Virus record (IMG/VR): IMGVR_UViG_3300024229_000001
Length of the DNA stretch: 20,000 bases
Reading direction: 5' to 3' (one strand)
DNA from: an uncultured virus (IMG/VR IMGVR_UViG_3300024229_000001)
Taxonomy: Duplodnaviria > Heunggongvirae > Uroviricota > Caudoviricetes
Below the pieces are notes generated by a model that saw only the letters and a program-made list of their open reading frames with translations, was not told the origin of the DNA and made no database searches. Position numbers and translations under genes: made by a program. This document shows positions 8,299 through 16,149 of the stretch, piece after piece (within the stretch, counting starts at the first letter, position 1; every line of letters begins with the position of its first letter).

Positions 8299-8451
8299 AT
8301 GAAATGGCTAACATCTAGATCAAAAGAAAGAACTACACTTGATGGAATCGTGTTAGTAGCAACTGGTGTTGCAATGATTTTAGTGCCGGTAGACCTAATT
8401 GCTTATGCAGCAATTTTCTATGGAGCATGGACAATCTGGAAAGCAGAATAA
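8299..8451 (+). CDS. 50-aa two-TM membrane protein, holin candidate (not in ORF track)
   Basis: MKWLTSRSKERTTLDGIVLVATGVAMILVPVDLIAYAAIFYGAWTIWKAE; AAGGAG RBS; immediately upstream of the endolysin. Confidence 0.75.
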   Translation: MKWLTSRSKERTTLDGIVLVATGVAMILVPVDLIAYAAIFYGAWTIWKAE

Positions 8452-8462
8452 GGATATATTAA

Positions 8463-9335
8463 ATGAGTTTTGAATTTGAATTTACGAAGGAACACCTTGG
8501 AGAAATTATCTCTGATGATCCTGATAACTGGTATGATGCGCTATGTGAAATTCTACCAAAGTATGGTATCACAAATGAACGTAGAGTTGCACACTTTCTA
8601 AGCCAAACCGCGCATGAATCCGGTGGCTATAAACGTTTGGAAGAAAATCTAAATTATTCAGCTAAAGCTTTGAGGGCTGTGTTTGGCCGTTACTTTGGTC
8701 CAGCTCCTAAACGTGACGCAGACGAATATCACCGTAATCCTGAAATGATTGCTAACTATGTCTATATGGATGAATTCCGTAAGTACAAAATGGGTAATAC
8801 AGAAGATGGTGATGGATGGCGTTTCCGTGGTCGTGGTTTGAAACAGCTTACAGGCCGAGAAAACTATACTCGCTTCGGCAAATCCATTGGTATGTCAGCT
8901 GAAGAAGCAGCAGGATATGTTGCAACTCCTGGTGGTGCTGTTGAATCTGCTTGTTGGTTCTGGGATGCAAATAATCTAAATGATATTGCAGATTCAGATG
9001 ATGTTAAGCGTATGAGTAAAAAGATTAATGGTGGTACTATTGGTCTTGAAGATCGCCAAAAGCGTTATGTACATGCAATGAAAGTACTTGGTATGGATGC
9101 TGAAGATTTAGTAGCAGACGATGATGATGTTGCAGAAATCTTAGATGATATTGGCGTACTACGTAAAGGTTCCAAAGGCGAAGGCGTGAAAATTATGCAA
9201 GAAGCTTTGGGTATTGGTGCTGATGGTGACTTTGGTCCAGGTACTGAAAGAGCTCTTAAAGAATGGCAGGCCGCAAATGGTCTTACAGCTGACGGTATTG
9301 CAGGACCAGCAACATTTAGTAAATTATTGGAGTAA
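8463..9335 (+). CDS. endolysin: GH19 domain plus C-terminal peptidoglycan-binding domain
   Basis: FLSQTAHESGG, ENLNYS, FRGRGLKQLTGRENY and INGG GH19 motifs; LRKGSKGEGV..MQ, ADGDFGPGTE and DGIAGPAT PG_binding_1 motifs. Confidence 0.93.
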   Translation: MSFEFEFTKEHLGEIISDDPDNWYDALCEILPKYGITNERRVAHFLSQTAHESGGYKRLEENLNYSAKALRAVFGRYFGPAPKRDADEYHRNPEMIANYVYMDEFRKYKMGNTEDGDGWRFRGRGLKQLTGRENYTRFGKSIGMSAEEAAGYVATPGGAVESACWFWDANNLNDIADSDDVKRMSKKINGGTIGLEDRQKRYVHAMKVLGMDAEDLVADDDDVAEILDDIGVLRKGSKGEGVKIMQEALGIGADGDFGPGTERALKEWQAANGLTADGIAGPATFSKLLE

Positions 9336-9338
9336 GTT

Positions 9339-9569
9339 ATGTTTTTTGGAATCATCTTATTATGCACGGCAGGAACTACTGAAATATCAGGAGAAACTTG
9401 TGTATTGTATAACTCACCATCCACTTTTGATACTGAAGAAATGTGTATAGCTTCGGTCGGAAGTGTCCTTATGTCTGAAGCAATGGAACTAAATATTGCT
9501 TCAGGATTAGAATTACACAATGCTCGATGTTTTGATGTTAGACCAGATAGTATTGATGATTCTATTTAA
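9339..9569 (+). CDS. small Cys-containing hypothetical protein
   Basis: Hydrophobic N-terminus MFFGIILLC, 4 Cys, ends just before the terminator. Confidence 0.65.
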   Translation: MFFGIILLCTAGTTEISGETCVLYNSPSTFDTEEMCIASVGSVLMSEAMELNIASGLELHNARCFDVRPDSIDDSI

Positions 9570-9572
9570 ATC

Positions 9573-9599
9573 AAAGGGGACCAAAAGGTCCCCTTTTTT
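9573..9599. terminator. bidirectional intrinsic terminator
   Basis: AAAGGGGACC-AAAA-GGTCCCCTTTTTT between convergent gene blocks. Confidence 0.88.
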
Positions 9600-9600
9600 A

Positions 9601-9699
9601 TTATGTAAATATTGTTGCTATTGTTACAGTTATCCAAAATAGCACCATAACAATAACCCATATCCAACCTACAACACTTATGTCATTATGGTGATTCAT
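9601..9699 (-). CDS. 32-aa single-TM peptide (not in ORF track)
   Basis: MNHHNDISVVGWIWVIVMVLFWITVTIATIFT; start overlaps the upstream stop (TAATG) and the ORF ends at the terminator. Confidence 0.5.
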   Translation of the reverse strand: MNHHNDISVVGWIWVIVMVLFWITVTIATIFT

Positions 9700-10274
9700 T
9701 AGTCATTCAATGGATTATCTAAAGCTTCTTGTAGCTTCTCATGTATATCTGTATCAAGTTGACGCATATCAGCATCAATTCGATCTTCAGTTTCTCTCAT
9801 AGTATTACGAACATCTTTTTCAGATTCACGAATAAGAGCTTCAACTTCTCTTATTGATTGTTGGACATCTTTACGTAAATCATTCATCTCATCGCGTAGT
9901 GTTTCTAAATGAGTTTCAATAGCATTTTGAGAGTCCTTTATTCGATCTTCTGATGCATCAGTCTTGTCTTCAAGTCTTTCAACTAATTGTTCCATTTCCA
10001 TTACATCTTCTCTTAAATCAGATTTAATGTCTCGAGTATATTCAATTGCTTCTTCAATACGAATCATTTGGTTATCCATTGTTAGAATAACCTTTTCATT
10101 TTCAGCAGCAATTGCATCTACATCAATATTTTGAACAACTTCTTTCATATCCATGTAGTCTTTATAAAACTCAAAACCTGCCCACAAGCCACCGCCAAGT
10201 GTTGAAAGAGCGGTAAGTACTACAAACATTTTTCCACCGCGGAATGTAGTTCCCGCAAATTCAAACTCAGCCAT
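9699..10274 (-). CDS. membrane-anchored long coiled-coil protein
   Basis: AGGAG RBS; TM segment MFVVLTALSTLGGGLWAGF; long acidic heptad region; C-terminal ALDNPL. Confidence 0.8.
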   Translation of the reverse strand: MAEFEFAGTTFRGGKMFVVLTALSTLGGGLWAGFEFYKDYMDMKEVVQNIDVDAIAAENEKVILTMDNQMIRIEEAIEYTRDIKSDLREDVMEMEQLVERLEDKTDASEDRIKDSQNAIETHLETLRDEMNDLRKDVQQSIREVEALIRESEKDVRNTMRETEDRIDADMRQLDTDIHEKLQEALDNPLND

Positions 10275-10283
10275 TATTTTCTC

Positions 10284-10745
10284 CTATTTCATTTTTTCTC
10301 TAGCTTCATGAACATCAGCCGGGTCAATTACACCTTCGTGCATTAGCTTATTTCGGTTACCTATATGAGCACCTTCAACATCTGCTTTGTTTTGACCAAA
10401 GTATTTTACTGCATGTCCTTCTTCGACTAAGATTTCAGTTACTCTTTTATCATTAACTTTAAAATCACCGAGTACACGCCCAAACTTGCCTTTCATATCT
10501 TCACCGTGTTTATTTTCAGTAGTGATAAGAATTGCGTCTTTTCCAAGTAACTCTTTTAATCTTTCTTTAGCTGCTAAACCAAACACTTTTTCTACTTTAT
10601 CGGATGTCCTGGATTCAGGAGTATCGATACCCATAATTCTTACTCGTTCATCGCGAAGGGTAATACCAAAACCTAGATCAATATCTACGTCTACAGTATC
10701 ACCATCCACAACTTTAAGAATCTTTACTTCGTACTGATTCTCCAC
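10284..10745 (-). CDS. thermonuclease (staphylococcal nuclease-like)
   Basis: VVDGDTVDV, RVRIMGIDTPE and GKFGRVLG motifs; GTG start. Confidence 0.9.
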   Translation of the reverse strand: MENQYEVKILKVVDGDTVDVDIDLGFGITLRDERVRIMGIDTPESRTSDKVEKVFGLAAKERLKELLGKDAILITTENKHGEDMKGKFGRVLGDFKVNDKRVTEILVEEGHAVKYFGQNKADVEGAHIGNRNKLMHEGVIDPADVHEAREKMK

Positions 10746-11066
10746 TTACTTTTTGCCTTTTAAAGCATCAGCACCAAAGAATGCAGCAACTAAAGCTGAA
10801 ATAGCAACAAAGTATGTTGGTGCAATATCACCAATGATTGTCGCAGCTTTATCTGCACCAGCAAGTGATGTAACCAAAATCATAATTGGATATAGTAACA
10901 TACCTGCAAGAGCAAACCAAGTCATTTTACGCATTGCATCGCGTTGAGCGTCTTGGTCGTCTAATTCTTTTCGTTTAAATTCAAGATACATCTGGTGTTC
11001 TTCTTGAGTCACAACTCCGTCTCCATTAGTATCGGCTTCGTGAAATGTTTTTGTTTCTTCAGTCAT
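10746..11066 (-). CDS. EF-hand-containing two-TM membrane protein
   Basis: Canonical 12-residue loop DTNGDGVVTQEE; two hydrophobic helices; GAGG RBS. Confidence 0.8.
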   Translation of the reverse strand: MTEETKTFHEADTNGDGVVTQEEHQMYLEFKRKELDDQDAQRDAMRKMTWFALAGMLLYPIMILVTSLAGADKAATIIGDIAPTYFVAISALVAAFFGADALKGKK

Positions 11067-11068
11067 TT

Positions 11069-13177
11069 TTACCTCTTATATTGTTGTCTAACCATTTCCC
11101 TATGGGTAGCATCAGATGCTCCATTAAAGAAGCGTTGGTTAGGATTATCATAATTTTCTTGCCCACCATATATCTCCTTAGGCTGATAGAATTGACTATC
11201 AGGTAGCTGTGGAGCTTGGTACGCTCGAAAATTGGGGTTATAACCAAGTAATGCTGCTTGAGCATCTTCACTATCATCGCCTGATTGCGCAGCAGCTACA
11301 AGCGTATCTTCTTCTTCAGCAGTTAGTTGGCCTTCATCACTATTGTCTTCTTTAAAATTATCTTCGGCTAGTAACTGATTTTGTATAATAGTATCGATAG
11401 CGCTGTTGATTGCGTTATCAATTATATTTTGATCAAGTGAAGCTAGTTCAACTTCTAAAAGAAAAAAAGATTGATCTGAATTATTTGATTGATTATCTTC
11501 AAGCTCTGAACCAAATTCGGATGAGCCAAAATTACTTTCAGATGTATTAGCTAATAGCCCTGTAGTTGGATCAGTTTGATTTCCTGCGCTGTCAATTGAA
11601 TTTCCAGAGTTATTTCCAGACGAATTTGAATTATCGAATGACGATCCACCTGACCCGGAGTTAAGACTTGACCCTTGGCCGGATTGTTGTTGGGCCTGTT
11701 GCTGAGACTGTTGAGCTTGTTGTTGAGACTGTTGGTTTAACGAAGTTGATGTTGCAATATCGCTATTCAAAGAAGTTAGTGCTGTCCCTGTTGCTAATGA
11801 TACGGCTGAACCAGCAACAGCATTACCAGCAGCTTCTGCTCCTTGAGCAACTGAAAGAGCGTTAACATTTGACGCAGGCTTTTCAACGGCTTCTGCTGCA
11901 GCTTCTTCAACGGCTTCTGCAGCTTCTTCGACTGGATCAGCAATACCAGTAGACTCTTCAGAGCTAATACCAGTAGTTTCTTCTTGACTTACACCAGTAG
12001 TTTCTTCTTGACTTACACCAGTAGTTTCTTCTTGACTTACACCAGTAGATTCTTCTTGACTTACACCAGTACTTTGTCCATCATTAGCTGTAGTACCAGT
12101 TTGCTGAGCTTGCTGTTCTTCCTCAAATGCTTGAAGCTGCTCTTGTTCGAACACTTCAATCTCTGCTTCAATACCCATTTCAATATCTTCGTTGTATTCA
12201 AATGAAGTACCATCAGGTGTCCCACCATCAAAGAAGTCCTCAACTTTTTGCTGGCCAGTTGCATCAACATTGGAACCACCATAATCAGATTCAAGTTCTG
12301 CTAGCATTTCTGCTTGAGTAGGAAGACCAATTGACTTGTTAAACGCATCTTGGTATCCATAACACGTTGGACTTGATAATGGATCTTCATCGCACTTATC
12401 AGTTTCTACTACAGTAAAAATTAATTGGAACTGAACATTGCTTATTTCTGGGCCATAATATCCACCCCAATATCCTGCATCATAACCGTCTACAGTTATT
12501 CTTATTTTCTCAAAGTCTGTACCATTTAAGTCAAATGATTCACCTCCGGAAAATTCTTTCCAATTTTCAATTCTATAGTTGTATTCGTATTCTTTAGACC
12601 ATACAACATCTTGGTTTTCTTGACCTATAAACTCTACAGTAATTGACAATAAGTCTTGACTGTATCCATATCCTTCTTTATCATATGGTCCTTCAGAAAG
12701 AGTGTTTTGCAAGACGTTAACATCAGCACTCTTAATAGTCCAAGAATAGTTGTAACCATTTACCACAACTCCAGCTTCAGCTAGAGCTTCAGCATATGGA
12801 GCAATAATTGGATTTGAATCGTCAATATTGTTAGTTAACACCATATCTTCTTCAGGACGCCAGCCAAATCTCATAACTCCGTCTGAACTTATTTGCGGAC
12901 AAGATCTATATGCAGGATTCGAGTACCAAGTACCTTGGGTATGGGCGGGATGACTGCCCCACGTTCCATGTCCGTCTGGACGATACGTACAGTCACCTTG
13001 AGACTCTGGTCCGGACCAAGCCAATGGATCTTCGACTAAATTGTCGGTTATGTATTGCTCACCAAATTCAACCTGACTTGGATCATCTGGTGCTTGCTGC
13101 TGTGCTAATACGCTATAGGAGTAAAAGCAGAAGTAAGATACTACCAGCGCCCAAAGCTGCGCCTTCAAGTTTATCAT
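11069..13177 (-). CDS. large acidic exported protein (702 aa) of unknown function
   Basis: Signal-peptide-like N-terminus ending VLA-QQQ; aromatic beta-rich domain with YWGGYYGPE; Cys pairs; long E/Q/S low-complexity stalk. Confidence 0.8.
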   Translation of the reverse strand: MINLKAQLWALVVSYFCFYSYSVLAQQQAPDDPSQVEFGEQYITDNLVEDPLAWSGPESQGDCTYRPDGHGTWGSHPAHTQGTWYSNPAYRSCPQISSDGVMRFGWRPEEDMVLTNNIDDSNPIIAPYAEALAEAGVVVNGYNYSWTIKSADVNVLQNTLSEGPYDKEGYGYSQDLLSITVEFIGQENQDVVWSKEYEYNYRIENWKEFSGGESFDLNGTDFEKIRITVDGYDAGYWGGYYGPEISNVQFQLIFTVVETDKCDEDPLSSPTCYGYQDAFNKSIGLPTQAEMLAELESDYGGSNVDATGQQKVEDFFDGGTPDGTSFEYNEDIEMGIEAEIEVFEQEQLQAFEEEQQAQQTGTTANDGQSTGVSQEESTGVSQEETTGVSQEETTGVSQEETTGISSEESTGIADPVEEAAEAVEEAAAEAVEKPASNVNALSVAQGAEAAGNAVAGSAVSLATGTALTSLNSDIATSTSLNQQSQQQAQQSQQQAQQQSGQGSSLNSGSGGSSFDNSNSSGNNSGNSIDSAGNQTDPTTGLLANTSESNFGSSEFGSELEDNQSNNSDQSFFLLEVELASLDQNIIDNAINSAIDTIIQNQLLAEDNFKEDNSDEGQLTAEEEDTLVAAAQSGDDSEDAQAALLGYNPNFRAYQAPQLPDSQFYQPKEIYGGQENYDNPNQRFFNGASDATHREMVRQQYKR
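11945..12071 (-). repeat. 24-bp tandem repeat (about 5 copies) encoding TGVSQEE(T/S)
   Basis: Near-identical units ACCAGTAGTTTCTTCTTGACTTAC on the + strand, degenerate at the edges. Confidence 0.9.
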
Positions 13178-14165
13178 TACGTCGTAACTCCTGTTCTATA
13201 GTCTCTGGCTGCATCTCAATATTTTCATCCCAAAGCTGTTGAGCCTCAGCGCCAATTGTACCATTAAACGGACAAGGTGTTCCAGCCATTTCCATCGCTT
13301 TAAAGACACTAGGATCTTGACACATCAAAGACACAGCAGCCACTTTCATTCCCATATTATAAAGAGTCTTAGAGTTTTTTAAACGCTCACAATTTAAATC
13401 ACGAATATGTCCACCACCGCTTGCACCAAGTATTTGTGTTTGAACTGCAGCTGAAAAAGTAACTGTACAAGTATCATTACCACCTGTCATCACTGTCGGC
13501 GCGATGGCCGATGGTGGAGCAGTTATAATTTCTTGTTTAATATTGCTGTCATTATTATTATTGTTATTATTTGTATTCGTTGCAGTACTATTAACAGTCG
13601 TATCATTAGTATTAGTGTTGGTATTGGTGTTCGTATTGGTATTTGTGTTAGTGTTATTCGAAGTGCTGTTTATAGTTTGATCAATAGTTGAATCTGTAGT
13701 ACTGTTTACCGTTGACGTATTAGTATTCGTATTAGTGTTAGTATTTGTGTTAGTGTTATTTGTACCACCAGATAAAACATTATTATTTGTATTCGTTGAG
13801 GTGCTATTTACTGTTGATGTATTTACATTTGTATTGTTATTCGTATTCGTATTAGTGTTAGTACTGGTGTTAGTGTTTGTATTAGTATTTACATTTGTGT
13901 TGTTATTGGTATTCGTAGCAGTACTATTTACGGTTGACGTGTTTGTATTCACGTTGGTGTTCGCGTTAGTGCTGTTGATAGTGCTATTGTTTGTGTTGGT
14001 GGAAGTACTATTGACTGTGCTGTCAGTAGTTGTGTTAGTAGTACTATCAGTTTCTACGTAGCTCGTTGAATCAAAGTTGCCATCTGCATCGTTAACTACC
14101 TGTCCAAAGGTTGCAGTAGATACAGTCATAAATAAAGGAACGAGTAATGCTGATTTAATATTCAT
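13113..14165 (-). CDS. exported Asn/Thr-repeat protein with Cys-containing C-terminal domain and C-terminal hydrophobic anchor
   Basis: Signal peptide MNIKSALLVPLFMTVSTATFG; (NT)n region; PPSAIAP, NCERLK, MGMKVAAVSLMCQD and AGTPCP motifs; C-terminal ILLLLLLL; AAGG RBS. Confidence 0.85.
   Translation of the reverse strand: MNIKSALLVPLFMTVSTATFGQVVNDADGNFDSTSYVETDSTTNTTTDSTVNSTSTNTNNSTINSTNANTNVNTNTSTVNSTATNTNNNTNVNTNTNTNTSTNTNTNTNNNTNVNTSTVNSTSTNTNNNVLSGGTNNTNTNTNTNTNTNTSTVNSTTDSTIDQTINSTSNNTNTNTNTNTNTNTNTNDTTVNSTATNTNNNNNNNDSNIKQEIITAPPSAIAPTVMTGGNDTCTVTFSAAVQTQILGASGGGHIRDLNCERLKNSKTLYNMGMKVAAVSLMCQDPSVFKAMEMAGTPCPFNGTIGAEAQQLWDENIEMQPETIEQELRRNDKLEGAALGAGSILLLLLLL
13550..14045 (-). repeat. 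low-complexity (Asn-Thr)n coding repeat
   Basis: Degenerate 6-bp period with variable synonymous positions. Confidence 0.85.
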
Positions 14166-14196
14166 TGCTCTACCTTAAGGTGATTTTTATCATTAC

Positions 14197-14204
14197 TATT
14201 TATA
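14197..14204 (-). promoter_or_regulatory. T4-type late promoter (TATAAATA)
   Basis: TATTTATA on + strand, 31 nt upstream of the 14165 start codon. Confidence 0.75.
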
Positions 14205-14213
14205 AAAAAAGGG

Positions 14214-14242
14214 TTTACAAAACGCAATATATATGATATAAT
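14214..14242 (+). promoter_or_regulatory. sigma70-like/T4 early promoter
   Basis: (G)TTTACA-17 bp-TATAAT with extended TG, preceded by an A-tract. Confidence 0.8.
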
Positions 14243-14272
14243 GACTATATTATCACACAATGGAGATATGCA

Positions 14273-15409
14273 ATGCGTTTCGAAAATGATATGAAGCTAG
14301 ACTATAAAGATGTTCTTCTTTGTCCAAAGCGATCTAAGCTTACATCACGTAAAGAGGTAGACTTAAAGCTCTCTTTTAAATATGCAAACTATCGTTCTTC
14401 TGTAGATGAAGACCTAGCCTATTATGGTGTACCAATCATGGCAGCAAATATGGACGGCGTAGGTACATTTAAAATGGCTGACACTCTTGCAAAACAAGGA
14501 CTGTTTACGTGTCTTGTTAAAACGTATTCGGTGAATGAATATGTTATGTTTTTTGATTGTGATGATTATACAAATCGTATTACGCGAATGAATCATGTAG
14601 CGTATTCAATGGGTATATCAGACGATGATGATATGAAATTTCGTAAAGTATACGAATTAGCTGAAGGTAATATTAAATACGTTTGTATTGATGTGGCTAA
14701 TGGATATACTGAACGATTTGTAGATTTTATTAAACATTTTCGCATAAACTATCCCGCAGTAGTTATTATTGCAGGTAACGTTGTTACAGCAGATCAAACA
14801 CAGGAGTTGATACTAAATGGCGCAGATATTGTTAAAGTTGGCATCGGCCCTGGAAGTGTTTGTACAACACGGATCCAAACTGGTGTTGGTTACCCTCAGC
14901 TTTCCGCTGTTATTGAGTGCGCTGATGCTGCTCATGGTCTTGGTGGCCATATCATTGCGGATGGTGGCTGCACTTGTCCTGGCGATGTAGCTAAAGCATT
15001 TGCAGCTGGGGCAGATTTTGTAATGCTTGGTGGTATGCTTGCCGGACATGACGAAGGTGGTGGAGATGTCATTACCAAGTTTTATGAAACCGATCAAATA
15101 GAATATGAAGTTGGTAGTCATTTAGAAAATCGTCGACGTGTTATTGAAGAAAAAAAGTTTGTGCAGTTCTATGGTATGAGTTCAGCCGCTGCAAATGACA
15201 AACATTTTGGTGGACTCAAGGAGTATAGAAGTAGTGAAGGAAGAGAAGTTCTTGTCCCTTACCGAGGAGCAGTGGGAAATACTATTCAAGATCTCTTGGG
15301 TGGTATTAGGTCCACTTGTACTTATGTGGGTGCTGACAAACTAAAGCGTTTAAGTAAGTGTACTACATTTGTTAAGTGCACTCAGCAATTTAATGGTGTA
15401 TATGCATAG
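14273..15409 (+). CDS. guaC: GMP reductase
   Basis: [58 protein letters not shown] and [12 protein letters not shown]; type 1 GMP reductase features, no CBS domains. Confidence 0.93.
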   Translation: MRFENDMKLDYKDVLLCPKRSKLTSRKEVDLKLSFKYANYRSSVDEDLAYYGVPIMAANMDGVGTFKMADTLAKQGLFTCLVKTYSVNEYVMFFDCDDYTNRITRMNHVAYSMGISDDDDMKFRKVYELAEGNIKYVCIDVANGYTERFVDFIKHFRINYPAVVIIAGNVVTADQTQELILNGADIVKVGIGPGSVCTTRIQTGVGYPQLSAVIECADAAHGLGGHIIADGGCTCPGDVAKAFAAGADFVMLGGMLAGHDEGGGDVITKFYETDQIEYEVGSHLENRRRVIEEKKFVQFYGMSSAAANDKHFGGLKEYRSSEGREVLVPYRGAVGNTIQDLLGGIRSTCTYVGADKLKRLSKCTTFVKCTQQFNGVYA

Positions 15410-15511
15410 TGTAACATAGATGACACATTAAGGTTCTTTATGTTATGCTGGTGTAACATTACGCGGTTTTAATAATATATAATTCGTAATGTAAAAGTAA
15501 AGGACTTACAA

Positions 15512-15877
15512 ATGAAATTAGTTATCGCCGCTGTAGCAACATTAGCAGCAACATCAGCATCCGCAGCAGACCTAGGTCTGGGCCTAACCGCTGGTGGTGA
15601 AGCAGTAGCAGAATATAACGTAGACGCAGAGAACATGTTAGTTACTCTTGAGCCTACAATTGGTTACACAGTTACTCCAGTAGATGTAGATCTTACAGCA
15701 AGTAGCCTAATCAATATCTACGATGATAAGTTTGTATTTGGCGATGTTAAGCCAGTATTAGACCTTGAAGCACGTAAAGACTTAGCGACTGGCGTAGAAA
15801 TCTACACCGGTGTAGGTTATAACTTTGAGACAGAAGCGCGTACAGATATTACGGTTGGCTTATCTTTTAACTTCTAA
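15512..15877 (+). CDS. small outer-membrane beta-barrel/porin-like protein
   Basis: Signal peptide MKLVIAAVATLAATSASA; alternating amphipathic strands; terminal VGLSFNF (BAM-type beta-signal). Confidence 0.7.
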   Translation: MKLVIAAVATLAATSASAADLGLGLTAGGEAVAEYNVDAENMLVTLEPTIGYTVTPVDVDLTASSLINIYDDKFVFGDVKPVLDLEARKDLATGVEIYTGVGYNFETEARTDITVGLSFNF

Positions 15878-15900
15878 GTTAAAAAAAATATAAAAAAATG

Positions 15901-15969
15901 AAAAAGAGGGGTTTACATCCCTCTTTTTTTATGGTATAGTTATATGGTAATCAACGAGGAGAAACGATT
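15901..15969 (+). promoter_or_regulatory. terminator hairpin overlapping early promoter, plus RBS leader
   Basis: AAAAAGAGGG/CCCTCTTTTT stem with TTTACA (15912) in the loop, 17 bp, TATAGT (15935); leader ATCAACGAGGAGAAACGATTATG. Confidence 0.8.
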
Positions 15970-16149
15970 ATGACTTATAACTTTGACATTGCTTGGGATT
16001 GCCCTGTACAGGATTTCCTACTACTTATTTTCCAACATAACCTTACCATCGACCAATTCATTCCAATTGGACCTGGTGGTGGAAATCCAAATATCACGGT
16101 CTCTGGATCTCTAGAAAATATCGAAAAATTTAAACAAAGATATAATTAA
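15970..16149 (+). CDS. 59-aa early hypothetical protein with GPGGGNP motif (not in ORF track)
   Basis: MTYNFDIAWDCPVQDFLLLIFQHNLTIDQFIPIGPGGGNPNITVSGSLENIEKFKQRYN; own promoter and GAGGAG RBS. Confidence 0.8.
   Translation: MTYNFDIAWDCPVQDFLLLIFQHNLTIDQFIPIGPGGGNPNITVSGSLENIEKFKQRYN

Noticed and set aside
9065..9520. 151-aa minus-strand ORF and other antisense or alternate-frame ORFs (65-364, 456-671, 1773-2066, 3160-3345, 4539-4736, 5195-5413, 10486-10737, 11984-12205, 14813-15121 etc.)
   Set aside because: They overlap well-supported genes and lack RBS or motifs; shadow ORFs
9339..9569. o-spanin lipoprotein
   Set aside because: No basic n-region, very short h-region, non-canonical lipobox (ILLC) and not Pro-rich
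11945..12071. Possible CRISPR array
   Set aside because: Units are directly adjacent with no unique spacers and keep the reading frame of a CDS; it is a coding tandem repeat
13735..14061. Highly hydrophobic + strand ORF (VLVFVL...)
   Set aside because: Antisense shadow of the (Asn-Thr)n repeat; no RBS or promoter
14273..15409. IMP dehydrogenase (guaB)
   Set aside because: AANMD, DVANGY and SEG motifs and the absence of CBS domains fit type 1 GMP reductase better
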